A DNA stretch of 64,000 bases from Ardenticatenaceae bacterium (GCA_020634375.1 JACKBX010000013.1:23127-87126); one strand, 5' to 3'. Positions 52,128 to 60,882 are shown, numbered from the stretch's first letter. The notes: generated from the sequence alone by a model not told the origin. Numbers and translations: made by a program.

Positions 52128-52977
52128 TCAACCGCAAAGAACGCGAAGAGCGCAAAGAAAAAATGCCTCTTCCTTTACGCTCTTTGCGCCCTTTGCGGTT
52201 AAATCCCTCCGCCTCTTCACCGCCATCCTCTTTTTGCTGCCCGTCTTTTGGATGATCGCCGCCTCGCTGCACCCGCGTGGCGTGCCCCTGCCGCAAACCC
52301 TGCAATTACTGCCGCAGCAGCCAACTCTGGAAAATTACGGCCGTATCTTCCACCTCATCCCCATCACCCGCTTCACCCTCAACTCGCTGATTGTGGTGGC
52401 AACGGCCGTTCCCCTCACCCTCATCACCAGCTCCTGGGCCGGATACAGCATGTCCCAACTACCGCGCCCCAGCCAGCGCCGCCTCATCCTCCTCTCCCTG
52501 GCCATCCTCATGGTTCCCGGCATCGCCCTTTGGTCAACCCGCTTCCTCATCTACAAACAACTCGGCTGGACAGGCTCCCTCATCGCCCTCATCGCCCCCG
52601 CCTTCATGGGCAGCAGCCCCTTCTACGTCCTCATGTTCTACCGCGCCTTCCGCCGCATCCCCCACGCCATCTACGACGCCGCCCGCCTCGACGGCGCAGG
52701 CGTGCTGCAAACCTGGGCCGCCATCGCCCTGCCCATCGCCCGGCCAACGGCCGTTGGCGTCGCCCTCCTCTCCTTCATCCTCTACTGGGGCGACTTCACC
52801 AGCCCCCTCCTCTACCTCAGCTCCGAAAAATGGTACACCCTACCCATCGCCCTCCAGCTTTTACAGCAAATGGGGCGTTCCGACTGGCCCCTACTCATGG
52901 CCGCCGCAGTGATAGCAACGGCCGTGCCCACCCTCCTCTTCCTCCTCCTCCAACCCTACTTCCACAAACCGCAGTAA
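52108..52977 (+). CDS. Carbohydrate ABC transporter permease (MalG/CUT1-like)
   Basis: EAA-like loop YDAARLDGAGVLQTWAAIALP. Overlaps the upstream permease by 20 nt. Confidence 0.8.
   Translation: MKPSSFNQPQRTRRAQRKNASSFTLFAPFAVKSLRLFTAILFLLPVFWMIAASLHPRGVPLPQTLQLLPQQPTLENYGRIFHLIPITRFTLNSLIVVATAVPLTLITSSWAGYSMSQLPRPSQRRLILLSLAILMVPGIALWSTRFLIYKQLGWTGSLIALIAPAFMGSSPFYVLMFYRAFRRIPHAIYDAARLDGAGVLQTWAAIALPIARPTAVGVALLSFILYWGDFTSPLLYLSSEKWYTLPIALQLLQQMGRSDWPLLMAAAVIATAVPTLLFLLLQPYFHKPQ
52130..52200. repeat. Long imperfect hairpin of the repeat-unit hairpin design, embedded in the first ~30 codons of the permease gene
   Basis: AACCGCAAAG..GCGCAAAGA AAAAA.. TCTTTGCGC C CTTTGCGGTT (10-bp plus 9-bp stems). 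Confidence 0.6.
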
Positions 52978-52994
52978 CCCATGCCCAGAAGCCT

Positions 52995-53225
52995 CATCCA
53001 CCTGGACAACAGCTTCATCCACCCGGATGAATAGCCCGTCCTTATAGATAAAGCCACAATCCATATAGACAAACTATTCATCCACCTGGATAAACACCCC
53101 ATCCATCTGGCTGAAAAGTTTATCCTTATAGACCAATCCGCCGTCCATATAGATAACCTATTCATCCACATAGCCCGGCATTCCGTCCACCTGGATGAGC
53201 GCTCCCTCCACACGACCAAACCAAC
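52995..53225. repeat. Eleven tandem units with exact 21-bp phasing, organised as an 84-bp higher-order repeat
   Basis: The (C/T)(A/G/C)TCC(A/T) cores start at 52995, 53016, 53037, 53058, 53079, 53100, 53121, 53142, 53163, 53184 and 53205. Unit classes are CATCCACCTGGAY and GTCCWTATAGAYA, in the pattern I-I-II-II. Confidence 0.8.
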
Positions 53226-53286
53226 AACGCAAACCCGGCAGGGGCGTGTATACTTGCCCCACTCGAATCAATCAAAAGGAGAGCTT

Positions 53287-54570
53287 ATGCACCGTCTCAA
53301 ATTCATAATATTGCTCCCATTCCTCAGCATCCTGGCCGCCTGCAACAATCCAAAATCACAAACCATTTCCTTCATGATTTCCGGCGATCCTGCCGAACGA
53401 CAAGCCTACCTCGATCTCGTCACTGCCTTTGAAGAAAGCCACCCCGACATTCACATCGACGTCACCCACATCCCCTCTGCCAGCGATTACCGCACCAAAC
53501 TTGCCACCGACTTCGCCGCCGGAACACCCGCCGATGTCACCCTCATGAACTACCGCCGCTTCGCCGCCTTCGCCGCTAACAATTTATTGCAGCCCATCGA
53601 CCCCTATCTCCAAGACAGCAGCCTCATTCAGCCCGAAGACTTCTACCCCATCAGCATCGAAGCCTTCACCTGGCAAGGCGAGATTATGTGCCTGCCACAA
53701 AACATCTCCAGCCTGGTGGTCTATTACAACCAGGATTTATTTAACGCCGCCGGCCTGCCCTATCCGCCCGACCAATGGACTTGGGACAACTTTGTTGCTA
53801 CAGCCAAAGCCCTCACCCAAGATACCAATGGCGATGGCACAATTGACCAATACGGCCTCGGCGTTGACCCCTCGCTCTATCGCCTATCCGCCTTCATCTG
53901 GCAAAACGACGCCCCGATGGTGGATGATCCGCAAGACCCCACACGCCTCACTCTCACCCGCGTGCCCACCCTGGAAGCACTGCAATGGTTTGTGGACTTG
54001 CGGCAGGTACACGGCGTCGTGCCTGATCGTGTAGAAGAGGCCGCGCAGGACAGCGAAAGCCGCTTTGTCGCGGGCACAACGGCCATGTTTTTGGACAGCC
54101 GTCGCGGCACACCCACATACCGCGAAATTGAGAGCTTTGCCTGGGATGTGGCCCCGCTGCCGCAAGGCAAAGTGGCGGCGGGCATCCTGCACAGCGACGC
54201 TTACTGCCTCTCTGCGACCACCGAAAACAAAGAGGCGGCGTGGGCGTTTATTGAGTTCGCCAATTCGGTAGAAGGGCAGACGCTCATTGCCCAAAGCGGG
54301 CGCACCGTCCCCTCCCTGATCGCGGTGGCCGAATCCAACGTCTTTTTGGACCCCACAAAGCCTCCTAGCCGCAGCCAGGTTTGGCTGGATACGGCCGTTA
54401 CCTTACGTGCCGTCCCCGTCATCAGCACTTGGGAGGAGATTGAAAAGACCGCCAGCGCAGAAATCGAGCGGGCCTTCTACGGCGACATCACCGCTGCCGA
54501 GGCAGCGCAATTGGCCGACCAGCGTACAGAGGAGTATTTCTTGCTGGGTGTGAACGCAGCACGGCCGTAA
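53287..54570 (+). CDS. Carbohydrate ABC transporter substrate-binding lipoprotein (CUT1)
   Basis: AAAGGAGAG RBS. Lipobox LSILAACNN. Family-1 SBP features are present. Confidence 0.85.
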   Translation: MHRLKFIILLPFLSILAACNNPKSQTISFMISGDPAERQAYLDLVTAFEESHPDIHIDVTHIPSASDYRTKLATDFAAGTPADVTLMNYRRFAAFAANNLLQPIDPYLQDSSLIQPEDFYPISIEAFTWQGEIMCLPQNISSLVVYYNQDLFNAAGLPYPPDQWTWDNFVATAKALTQDTNGDGTIDQYGLGVDPSLYRLSAFIWQNDAPMVDDPQDPTRLTLTRVPTLEALQWFVDLRQVHGVVPDRVEEAAQDSESRFVAGTTAMFLDSRRGTPTYREIESFAWDVAPLPQGKVAAGILHSDAYCLSATTENKEAAWAFIEFANSVEGQTLIAQSGRTVPSLIAVAESNVFLDPTKPPSRSQVWLDTAVTLRAVPVISTWEEIEKTASAEIERAFYGDITAAEAAQLADQRTEEYFLLGVNAARP

Positions 54571-54574
54571 CCTA

Positions 54575-54632
54575 TGCTATAATGTCCCCAAACATCATGC
54601 AGATTGGTTCAATCTTTCAGATTGAACCAATC
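54575..54632 (+). promoter_or_regulatory. Extended -10 promoter (TGCTATAAT) followed by a perfect 14-bp inverted repeat (operator or 5-prime UTR hairpin) upstream of ppk2
   Basis: TGC-TATAAT at 54575-54583. GATTGGTTCAATCT TTC AGATTGAACCAATC at 54602-54632. Confidence 0.4.
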
Positions 54633-54651
54633 ATCTCAGCGGAGGGACACT

Positions 54652-55680
54652 ATGAGCAATCACGATCACGATCCAGACGATACGGCCGTTGACACAACGG
54701 CTGCCGAGCCAATGGTCGAAGCGCCATCGGCTGCTGAGAAAGAGGTGGAAGGGAAACGGCCGTTCTCCGACCTCAAACCCATCATCACCGTCGGCCCAGA
54801 AAGCGAAGACAGGCGCATCGAACTCAACCGCGACATCCTCAGCGACATCAGCTCCATCCCCGAACACCTGCGCCCCGCGCAGCCCCCCAAATACACCAAA
54901 AAAGGCAAACTCGACAACCAATATTACGAACACGAACTGGCCCGTCTACAAGAAGAGCTGGTCAAGCTGCAATATTGGGTCAAAGAAGCCGGTCTGCGCG
55001 TCGTCATCGTCTTTGAAGGGCGCAGCGGTGCGGGCAAAGGCGGCGTGATCAAACGCATTTTAGAGCGCACTAACTCACGCATCATGCGCGTCATCGCCCT
55101 GCCCGTGCCCAGCGACCGCGAACGCACGCAGTGGTGGTTCCAAAAATACGTGGCGCACCTGCCCGCCGCCGGTGAAATCGTGCTGTTAGACCGCAGTTGG
55201 TACAACCGCGCCCTCGTTGAGCCGGTGATGGGCTTCTGCACCGAAGAGCAGTACCGCGAATTCCTGCGCTCCTGCCCCCAATTTGAGCGCATGTTGGTAC
55301 GCTCCGGCATCATTTTGCTCAAATATTGGTTCTCCGTCAGCAACGAAGAACAGGAGCGCCGATTCCAGGCCCGCATCTTCACGCCGACCAAACGCTGGAA
55401 GCTCAGCCCAATGGATTTGGAAGACCGGCGGCGCTGGGTAGAATACTCGAAAGCCAAAGACACCATGTTTGCCTACACCGACATCAAACAAGCGCCCTGG
55501 TACGTGGTCAACGCCGACGACAAAAAACGCGCCCGCCTCAACTGCATCACGCACATCCTCAGCCAAATCCCCTACGAAGACATCACCCCCGAACCAGTGC
55601 AGTTACCTCCCCGCGAAGGCGACAAAGGCTACATCCGCCCGCCCATTCACGAACAAACCTTCGTCCCCGAAGTGTATTAA
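54652..55680 (+). CDS. ppk2: Polyphosphate kinase 2
   Basis: VIVFEGRSGAGKGGVIKRI (Walker A), DRSWYNRA, the lid region ..W.LSPMDLE.R..W..Y. GGAGGG RBS. Confidence 0.9.
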   Translation: MSNHDHDPDDTAVDTTAAEPMVEAPSAAEKEVEGKRPFSDLKPIITVGPESEDRRIELNRDILSDISSIPEHLRPAQPPKYTKKGKLDNQYYEHELARLQEELVKLQYWVKEAGLRVVIVFEGRSGAGKGGVIKRILERTNSRIMRVIALPVPSDRERTQWWFQKYVAHLPAAGEIVLLDRSWYNRALVEPVMGFCTEEQYREFLRSCPQFERMLVRSGIILLKYWFSVSNEEQERRFQARIFTPTKRWKLSPMDLEDRRRWVEYSKAKDTMFAYTDIKQAPWYVVNADDKKRARLNCITHILSQIPYEDITPEPVQLPPREGDKGYIRPPIHEQTFVPEVY

Positions 55681-55740
55681 AGAGATTAGAGATTAGAGAT
55701 TGGCAACCGCCCCGTCTCTAATCTTCAATCTCTAATCTCC
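55681..55740 (+). terminator. Heptamer-unit hairpin (AGAGATT x3 and its complement)
   Basis: AGAGATTAGAGATTAGAGATTGG..loop..TCTCTAATCTTCAATCTCTAATCTC. It starts immediately after the ppk2 stop. Confidence 0.6.
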
Positions 55741-55744
55741 CCCT

Positions 55745-56905
55745 ATGTCTAAAAAACGCATCACCTTCATCGTGTTCTTTCTGCTTTGCGGCGTGTTGGT
55801 CACGGCCGTTTACCTCTACCGCCGCCTCAATCCCCCCGTCAATTTGGTGGGGTCACTGGGCGGTGGCGATATCGCCAGCCTGACGCTGCCCCCCGGTTTT
55901 GAGGCCAATGTCTTTGCCAGCGGCCTCAGCGGGCCGCGCTTCATTGCCTTTGGGCCAGACGGCGCGTTGTATGTGGCGGACAGGGGCAACGGCCGTATCG
56001 CCACCCTCCCCGACACCAACCAAGACGGCGTGGCCGACGCTATCCACACCTTTGCCGACGGCCTGACACAGCCGCACAGCCTGACATACCACGAAGGGGC
56101 GTGGTACGTGGGCGTGCCCACCGGCGTCATTCGTTTGGTCGATGAAAATGGTGATGGCACAGCCGATTCTCGTGAAACGCTAATTGACGACTACCCCACA
56201 AACGGGCACAGTACGCGCACGGTCTTGTTTTTGACGGACGGCCGTATGGTCGTCTCCGTCGGTTCAAGCTGCAACGTCTGCGAAGAGGACGATCCGCGCC
56301 GTGCCGCCGTTCTCGTCTACGATGACGGCAATGCGACCAACGAGCAGATTTTTGCCAGCGGGCTGCGTAATGCGGTGGGGCTGGCCCTGCATCCGCAAAC
56401 CGGCGAATTGTGGGCCACGAATAACGGCCGTGACATGCTCGGCGACAACACCCCACCCGAAACGGTGTACATTGTACGCGAAGGGGAAGCCTACGGCTGG
56501 CCTGTTTGCCACAGCGGCGACATCATTGACCCCGACTTGGGCCACGCTGGGGACTGCGACGGCGTGACTGCGCCCATCGTGGAAATGCAAGCACATTCCG
56601 CACCATTGGGGCTAGCCTTTTACACCGGCACTCAATTCCCGGCAGAGTACCAGGGGGATTTGTTCGTCGCCTTTCACGGCTCATGGAACCGCCGCGAACC
56701 GACCGGCTACAAAGTGGTGCGCATCCCGCTAAATGGCAGCACGCCCACCGGCGCAGTCGAGGATTTTGCAACGGGCTGGCTGTCTCTGGAGGAGAATGTG
56801 GTGTACGGCCGTCCCGTTGGTCTCGCCGTTGGCCCCGATGGGGCGCTGTACGTCAGCGATGATAAAGGCGGATACATTTACCGCATCAGTTACCGGGGTT
56901 CTTGA
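55745..56905 (+). CDS. PQQ-dependent sugar (glucose/sorbosone) dehydrogenase-like beta-propeller
   Basis: N-terminal TM anchor. GPDGALYVADRGNGRI, ..GLRN.VGLA.HP.TGELWATNNGRD, HSAPLGLAFY and GPDGALYVSDD. Confidence 0.8.
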   Translation: MSKKRITFIVFFLLCGVLVTAVYLYRRLNPPVNLVGSLGGGDIASLTLPPGFEANVFASGLSGPRFIAFGPDGALYVADRGNGRIATLPDTNQDGVADAIHTFADGLTQPHSLTYHEGAWYVGVPTGVIRLVDENGDGTADSRETLIDDYPTNGHSTRTVLFLTDGRMVVSVGSSCNVCEEDDPRRAAVLVYDDGNATNEQIFASGLRNAVGLALHPQTGELWATNNGRDMLGDNTPPETVYIVREGEAYGWPVCHSGDIIDPDLGHAGDCDGVTAPIVEMQAHSAPLGLAFYTGTQFPAEYQGDLFVAFHGSWNRREPTGYKVVRIPLNGSTPTGAVEDFATGWLSLEENVVYGRPVGLAVGPDGALYVSDDKGGYIYRISYRGS

Positions 56906-57215
56906 GCATTATCAACAGCATCGTCACCGGCGAATGGGCCAAAATGCTGTGCGGGAGATGGGGGCGCATGGTAACAAAGGTGTGAGGAACGGCCGTCATC
57001 CGTTCCTCACCCAGCATCAACTCCGCTTCACCAGCCACAAAATAAAGCATTGCCGGGCGTGCTGATGTATGCTCACTCAGCTCTTGCCCCGCCGCAAAAC
57101 CAAACAAAATCACATCCACGTACTCATTCTTCAACAAATGCCGACTCACAATCGAGTCCGGTGAAACCTCCGGCATTTCCTGTACCAAATCAGCAAAAAA
57201 GGTGTAATCGTCCAT
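56886..57215 (-). CDS. Cupin-domain protein
   Basis: G.ELSEHTS...MLYFV.GE.E pattern. Confidence 0.7.
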   Translation of the reverse strand: MDDYTFFADLVQEMPEVSPDSIVSRHLLKNEYVDVILFGFAAGQELSEHTSARPAMLYFVAGEAELMLGEERMTAVPHTFVTMRPHLPHSILAHSPVTMLLIMLKNPGN

Positions 57216-57240
57216 TATTTCTCCAGAAGCTAACGAATGG

Positions 57241-57330
57241 AGAGAGAGCTAGAGCTAGAGGAAGATACACCTTTCTAACTCTAGCTCTGTCCCTTGTTAA
57301 TTGTTCATTGCTAATTGTTCATTGTCCACT
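57241..57330. repeat. AGCTAGAG-based hairpin followed by the heptamer tandem GTTAATT GTTCATT GCTAATT GTTCATT
   Basis: Read directly. The heptamers also encode the last ~10 codons and the stop of the 57297..58502 ORF. Confidence 0.6.
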
Positions 57331-58502
57331 GCCAGGTGTGCGTTCACAATGCGGCCCAATTCGATGGCGATTGGAATCAACGACACTACCCAGAACCCAT
57401 AAGCAATGCCTTGCAGCACACCACGCACCGATACAATAAAGATACTCAACCAAAGAAACAGCCCGCCCAAATGACTGGTCGCCAGACTCAGCCAATTGCC
57501 GCCCAGCGTCGCTTCAGCTTGCGGCTCTAAAATGCGGCGGAAAAAGTAGGGCAATATGGCATACCCCACTTGCAGCAGCCAGCCATAAATTAAGGCCTGC
57601 GGCGCGTTGCTCTCAATGGCTGGGCCGGGCAAATTGCCAATGCCCAAAATGAGGAACGGCGCCACCAACACAGGAACCAAAATCCACACGTAGGCGCTTA
57701 TCAAATGCCACACGCCAGGAGTCCAAGCGGCGCGGTCGCCCCGCAGAGGTTTGATCACGTTGTATAGCAGCCAAAAGGTGGAACCCAGGTGCAGCACCAG
57801 CCCCGGCACGGTGAAAACCAGCGAGTCAAACCAGGGGCCAAGCACCAACCCCAACGCGCCCAGAGTCATCATCCAAAAGATGGGGGTAATAGAGTGCGGC
57901 ATGGCGAGTTGGCGTTTTGTCCAGCGTGGGTAAAGGTCTACCATTAGCCCGGCAAAAGTCAGAGACATGAAGCCCCAGTTATTGGCGTGGATGTGAGTCT
58001 CCAGAGGGATGGCAATATGCAGCCAGTTAGGCCAATTGAACCACAACCCAGTACCAATGATAATGCCAAGCAGGAAGTAGGCGAGACCCACAAGGTAGAA
58101 TTTGCGAGCAGGGGAAACGGCCGTGCCCTCCCCACCACCTCGCAATCCCCACAACTGCCCCATCAACAACACCGTTGCCACAAACACCAACGTACCACCG
58201 GCATAAATGGGCACTGCATTCACCAATGGAATCCCCACCAGCAGAGACAAAATGCCGCTGTTGAGCGCCAACCAAATATCCCAACGGAATTGGGGGCGCG
58301 GCAAATTATTCTTTTGCGCCACCAACCAGGGCAGCACACCAAACAACACCTCCGTCAGCGCCCCCAGCGTGATAAAGTGGACGCGCAGCCAGCGCATACC
58401 ATTAAACCAGGGCAAAATACCCAATCCCACCAACGAGGCATCCAGTGCTTGCAAGACAGCCAGCGCTACAAACAGCAGCGCCATCAAAAAATACAGACCC
58501 AT
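57297..58502 (-). CDS. Polytopic (~12 TM) membrane protein with conserved-looking His residues. Function unknown, possibly NnrS-like or heme-copper-like.
   Basis: Hydrophobic helices occur throughout. Motifs HFITLG, THIHANNWGF and VWHLISAY. Sits in an operon context with a ferredoxin and a Crp/Fnr regulator. Confidence 0.65.
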   Translation of the reverse strand: MGLYFLMALLFVALAVLQALDASLVGLGILPWFNGMRWLRVHFITLGALTEVLFGVLPWLVAQKNNLPRPQFRWDIWLALNSGILSLLVGIPLVNAVPIYAGGTLVFVATVLLMGQLWGLRGGGEGTAVSPARKFYLVGLAYFLLGIIIGTGLWFNWPNWLHIAIPLETHIHANNWGFMSLTFAGLMVDLYPRWTKRQLAMPHSITPIFWMMTLGALGLVLGPWFDSLVFTVPGLVLHLGSTFWLLYNVIKPLRGDRAAWTPGVWHLISAYVWILVPVLVAPFLILGIGNLPGPAIESNAPQALIYGWLLQVGYAILPYFFRRILEPQAEATLGGNWLSLATSHLGGLFLWLSIFIVSVRGVLQGIAYGFWVVSLIPIAIELGRIVNAHLAVDNEQLAMNN

Positions 58503-58521
58503 GATTCATTCTCCTTTGTCA

Positions 58522-58746
58522 TCATCGTTTATCACTTTCTTCCACAATGAGGCAAAAACGGCGGGTGATGGCATCTGACGGACAGACTTGTACACACTGT
58601 CCGTCGTATTGACAGGCAGCGGGATGCACCACAACGGCCCGTCCATTTTCCAGGGCCAGGGCATGGTGCGGGCAGGCAAGCACGCACAAACCACAGCCAT
58701 TGCAGAGCCGAGCATCTATCTGCGGCACGGGCCAATCAACGTCCAC
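58522..58746 (-). CDS. 4Fe-4S ferredoxin-domain protein
   Basis: CNGCGLCVLACP and CQYDGQCVQVCP. Confidence 0.7.
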   Translation of the reverse strand: MDVDWPVPQIDARLCNGCGLCVLACPHHALALENGRAVVVHPAACQYDGQCVQVCPSDAITRRFCLIVEESDKR

Positions 58747-58823
58747 TTAGACCTCCATTTTGCAACATGTTGTCAGGATATAAGGGTTTGGGAATGGCGT
58801 CGCCGACTTTTGTCGGATGGGGA

Positions 58824-59543
58824 TTATTTTTCGGCGATTTTTTCTAGCGCGGCACGGTCGTGAACGTGGATGCGGTGACGCTCCACCTCAATGACGCCAT
58901 CGGCGGCCAGGCTGCGCAGGGCACGCTGAATGACATCGGGAACTGTGCCTAAGCGAGCGGCAAGTTCGGCCTGGGTGTACCATTGGGGACGGTGGAATTG
59001 ATTGCCGGTGGTATCTTCGAGGATCAGGCGGGCCAGCCGCCCTTTGACGGTGCGCAGGGAGAGGTCGGTAACAAGTTCAACGAGGTGCTGCACGCGCCCA
59101 GCGAGGTTTTCGATGAGGTATTGGGCGAAGGACGGCCGTGTTTGCAACAATCCCCAAACCGTTTCGCGGCGAATGAGCCACACGCCAGAAGGTTCCAGGG
59201 CAACGGCCGTTGCTGGATTCTGCAAATTAGCCAACGCCCCGATTTCATTAAAAAGCTCTCCCGCCCCCAAAAATTTAATCACCTGCTCCCGCCCGGATGG
59301 GGCGCTCTTAACCACTTTCAGCCAGCCTGATTGCAAATAATAGAGGCCCTGCGCGGGTTCACCCTCCCAAAACACAGCCTCACCTTCGGCATAAAAAGCC
59401 CAATGCGCCCCGGCAGCCAGATCATGCAAAATGGCTTCTTCCAATGCCGCAAACAGGGGAATAGTAGCAAGCTGCTGCGCGAGTTGGGTGGGTGACGGCC
59501 GTTCCTGCATCCTCGCATTATACGACTCCCGGCTCATTTGCAA
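58824..59543 (-). CDS. Crp/Fnr-family transcriptional regulator
   Basis: cNMP-binding fold (..GEA.FWEGEPA.GLYYLQSGWLKV..) and a C-terminal HTH (TQAELAARLGTVPDVIQRALRSL). Confidence 0.85.
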   Translation of the reverse strand: MQMSRESYNARMQERPSPTQLAQQLATIPLFAALEEAILHDLAAGAHWAFYAEGEAVFWEGEPAQGLYYLQSGWLKVVKSAPSGREQVIKFLGAGELFNEIGALANLQNPATAVALEPSGVWLIRRETVWGLLQTRPSFAQYLIENLAGRVQHLVELVTDLSLRTVKGRLARLILEDTTGNQFHRPQWYTQAELAARLGTVPDVIQRALRSLAADGVIEVERHRIHVHDRAALEKIAEK

Positions 59544-59605
59544 AGAAAAAGGGCATGATACCTATTTGTATCATGCCCCGTAGCAAGAAATAGGGGGAAT
59601 GTTGT

Positions 59606-59824
59606 CTAAGAGGGTAAAGCCTTCACATATAGCTGCGTCCACATAAGATTGCGAATATCTTTATCGCGGGTCAGCAGACTTGCTACAGTAGAAATGGCTT
59701 GTGCCTCGGAGCGAGCATTGACAACATCATCAACATAGAACTCTTCAACCTTCTTACCCTGCGGGTATTCTACCTCACAGATTCCGTTGATATGATATTG
59801 TGTAGCCATAACCCCACTATACAC
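59606..59824 (-). CDS. Small hypothetical protein (weak call)
   Basis: ORF only, with no recognisable motif. Confidence 0.3.
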   Translation of the reverse strand: MYSGVMATQYHINGICEVEYPQGKKVEEFYVDDVVNARSEAQAISTVASLLTRDKDIRNLMWTQLYVKALPS

Positions 59825-59941
59825 TCAAATAGCTTACCGTAGACCTTTCGTCGGCAAAAAGTAGACCAAGGTACTATTCTAGAGACTGATTTTCTTCACT
59901 GCCTCTCAGACTTCTTTGGGCACTGTCCGGGTCTTGTTGCA

Positions 59942-59997
59942 GTTACAGGTTACAAAATACAACTTGTAACCTGTATCCTGTAACCTGTAACTTGTTA
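59942..59997 (-). terminator. Heptamer-unit hairpin (GTTACAG and its complement CCTGTAA)
   Basis: GTTACAG GTTACAA AATACAA CTTGTAA CCTGTAT CCTGTAA CCTGTAA CTTGTTA. Stem ACAGGTTACAA / TTGTAACCTGT. The last unit contains the stop codon of the dehydrogenase gene. Confidence 0.6.
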
Positions 59998-60882
59998 CCC
60001 AATCTCAAAACCCGCTAAATGCTCCAACGCTTTCACCAGGGCATGGTTCCCATCGCCGCCCAGCCCTTGCTGCTGCAAGGTGCGATAAAATTGGAAGACG
60101 AGCGCCACACCAGGCAACGGCACGCCCAGTTGATCGGCTGCTTCCAACACCAGGCGCAAATCTTTTTGCTGCAAATCAATGGTAAAGCCAGGCCGCCAGT
60201 CGCGTTCGATGACCTGCGGGCCGCGATTGCTGAGCATCCAACTGCCTGCTGCGCCGCCAGCAACGGCCGTCAGCGTCTTCTCCAAATCCAACTCCCCAGC
60301 CTGTGCAAACAACAAGGCCTCACCCACCGCCTGCATCGTCACCACCACCAGGATTTGATTCACCAACTTCACCATTTGCCCAGCGCCATTTGGGCCAACA
60401 TGCGTGATTGTCTTGCCCATTGCCTGGAATGCGGGCATGGCACGGTCAAACTGCGCCGCTTCACCGCCAACCATAATGCTCAACGTGCCCCTCGCCGCCC
60501 CTTCGCTGCCGCCACTGATGGGCGCATCCAGCATATGCACCCCTTGCTCCGCCAGCTTTGCCGCCATCTCCTTGGTGGCGATGGGGCTAATCGTGCTGTG
60601 ATCGACTACCAACGAGCCAGGCTTTGCGCCATGAATAACGCCATCCTCGCCCAGCACCACTGCCTGCACATCCGGCGTATCGCTGACGCAAATCAGGGTG
60701 ATGTCGCTGTGTGCGGCCACATCCGCAGGACTGCTGGCAGCCTCTGCGCCTTCTGCCACCAGCGCTTCAATGCGGCTGGCGGTGCGGTTCCACACGCGCA
60801 CGGCAAATCCAGCCTTCAATAAGTTGCGGGCCATACCCTGACCCATAATTCCCAGACCAATAAAACCAATTTGTTCGTTCAT
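59995..60882 (-). CDS. NAD(P)-dependent 3-hydroxyisobutyrate / 2-hydroxy-3-oxopropionate reductase-family dehydrogenase
   Basis: IGFIGLGIMGQGMARNL Rossmann motif and ..DAPISGG...A..GTLSIMVGG.. The start is at the ATG at 60882, preceded by GGAG. Confidence 0.85.
   Translation of the reverse strand: MNEQIGFIGLGIMGQGMARNLLKAGFAVRVWNRTASRIEALVAEGAEAASSPADVAAHSDITLICVSDTPDVQAVVLGEDGVIHGAKPGSLVVDHSTISPIATKEMAAKLAEQGVHMLDAPISGGSEGAARGTLSIMVGGEAAQFDRAMPAFQAMGKTITHVGPNGAGQMVKLVNQILVVVTMQAVGEALLFAQAGELDLEKTLTAVAGGAAGSWMLSNRGPQVIERDWRPGFTIDLQQKDLRLVLEAADQLGVPLPGVALVFQFYRTLQQQGLGGDGNHALVKALEHLAGFEIG

Noticed and set aside
52248-53030. 260-aa and 173-aa + strand ORFs in alternative frames
   Set aside because: These are Pro/Arg/His-rich alternative-frame readings of the MalG-like permease gene.
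52956-53219. 87-aa minus-strand ORF with an SRWM heptad pattern
   Set aside because: It is a by-product of the 21-bp tandem repeat. It has a TTG start and overlaps the permease 3-prime end. I kept it only as part of the repeat finding.
60019-60822. 267-aa + strand ORF
   Set aside because: It is antisense to the well-supported NAD-dependent dehydrogenase gene.
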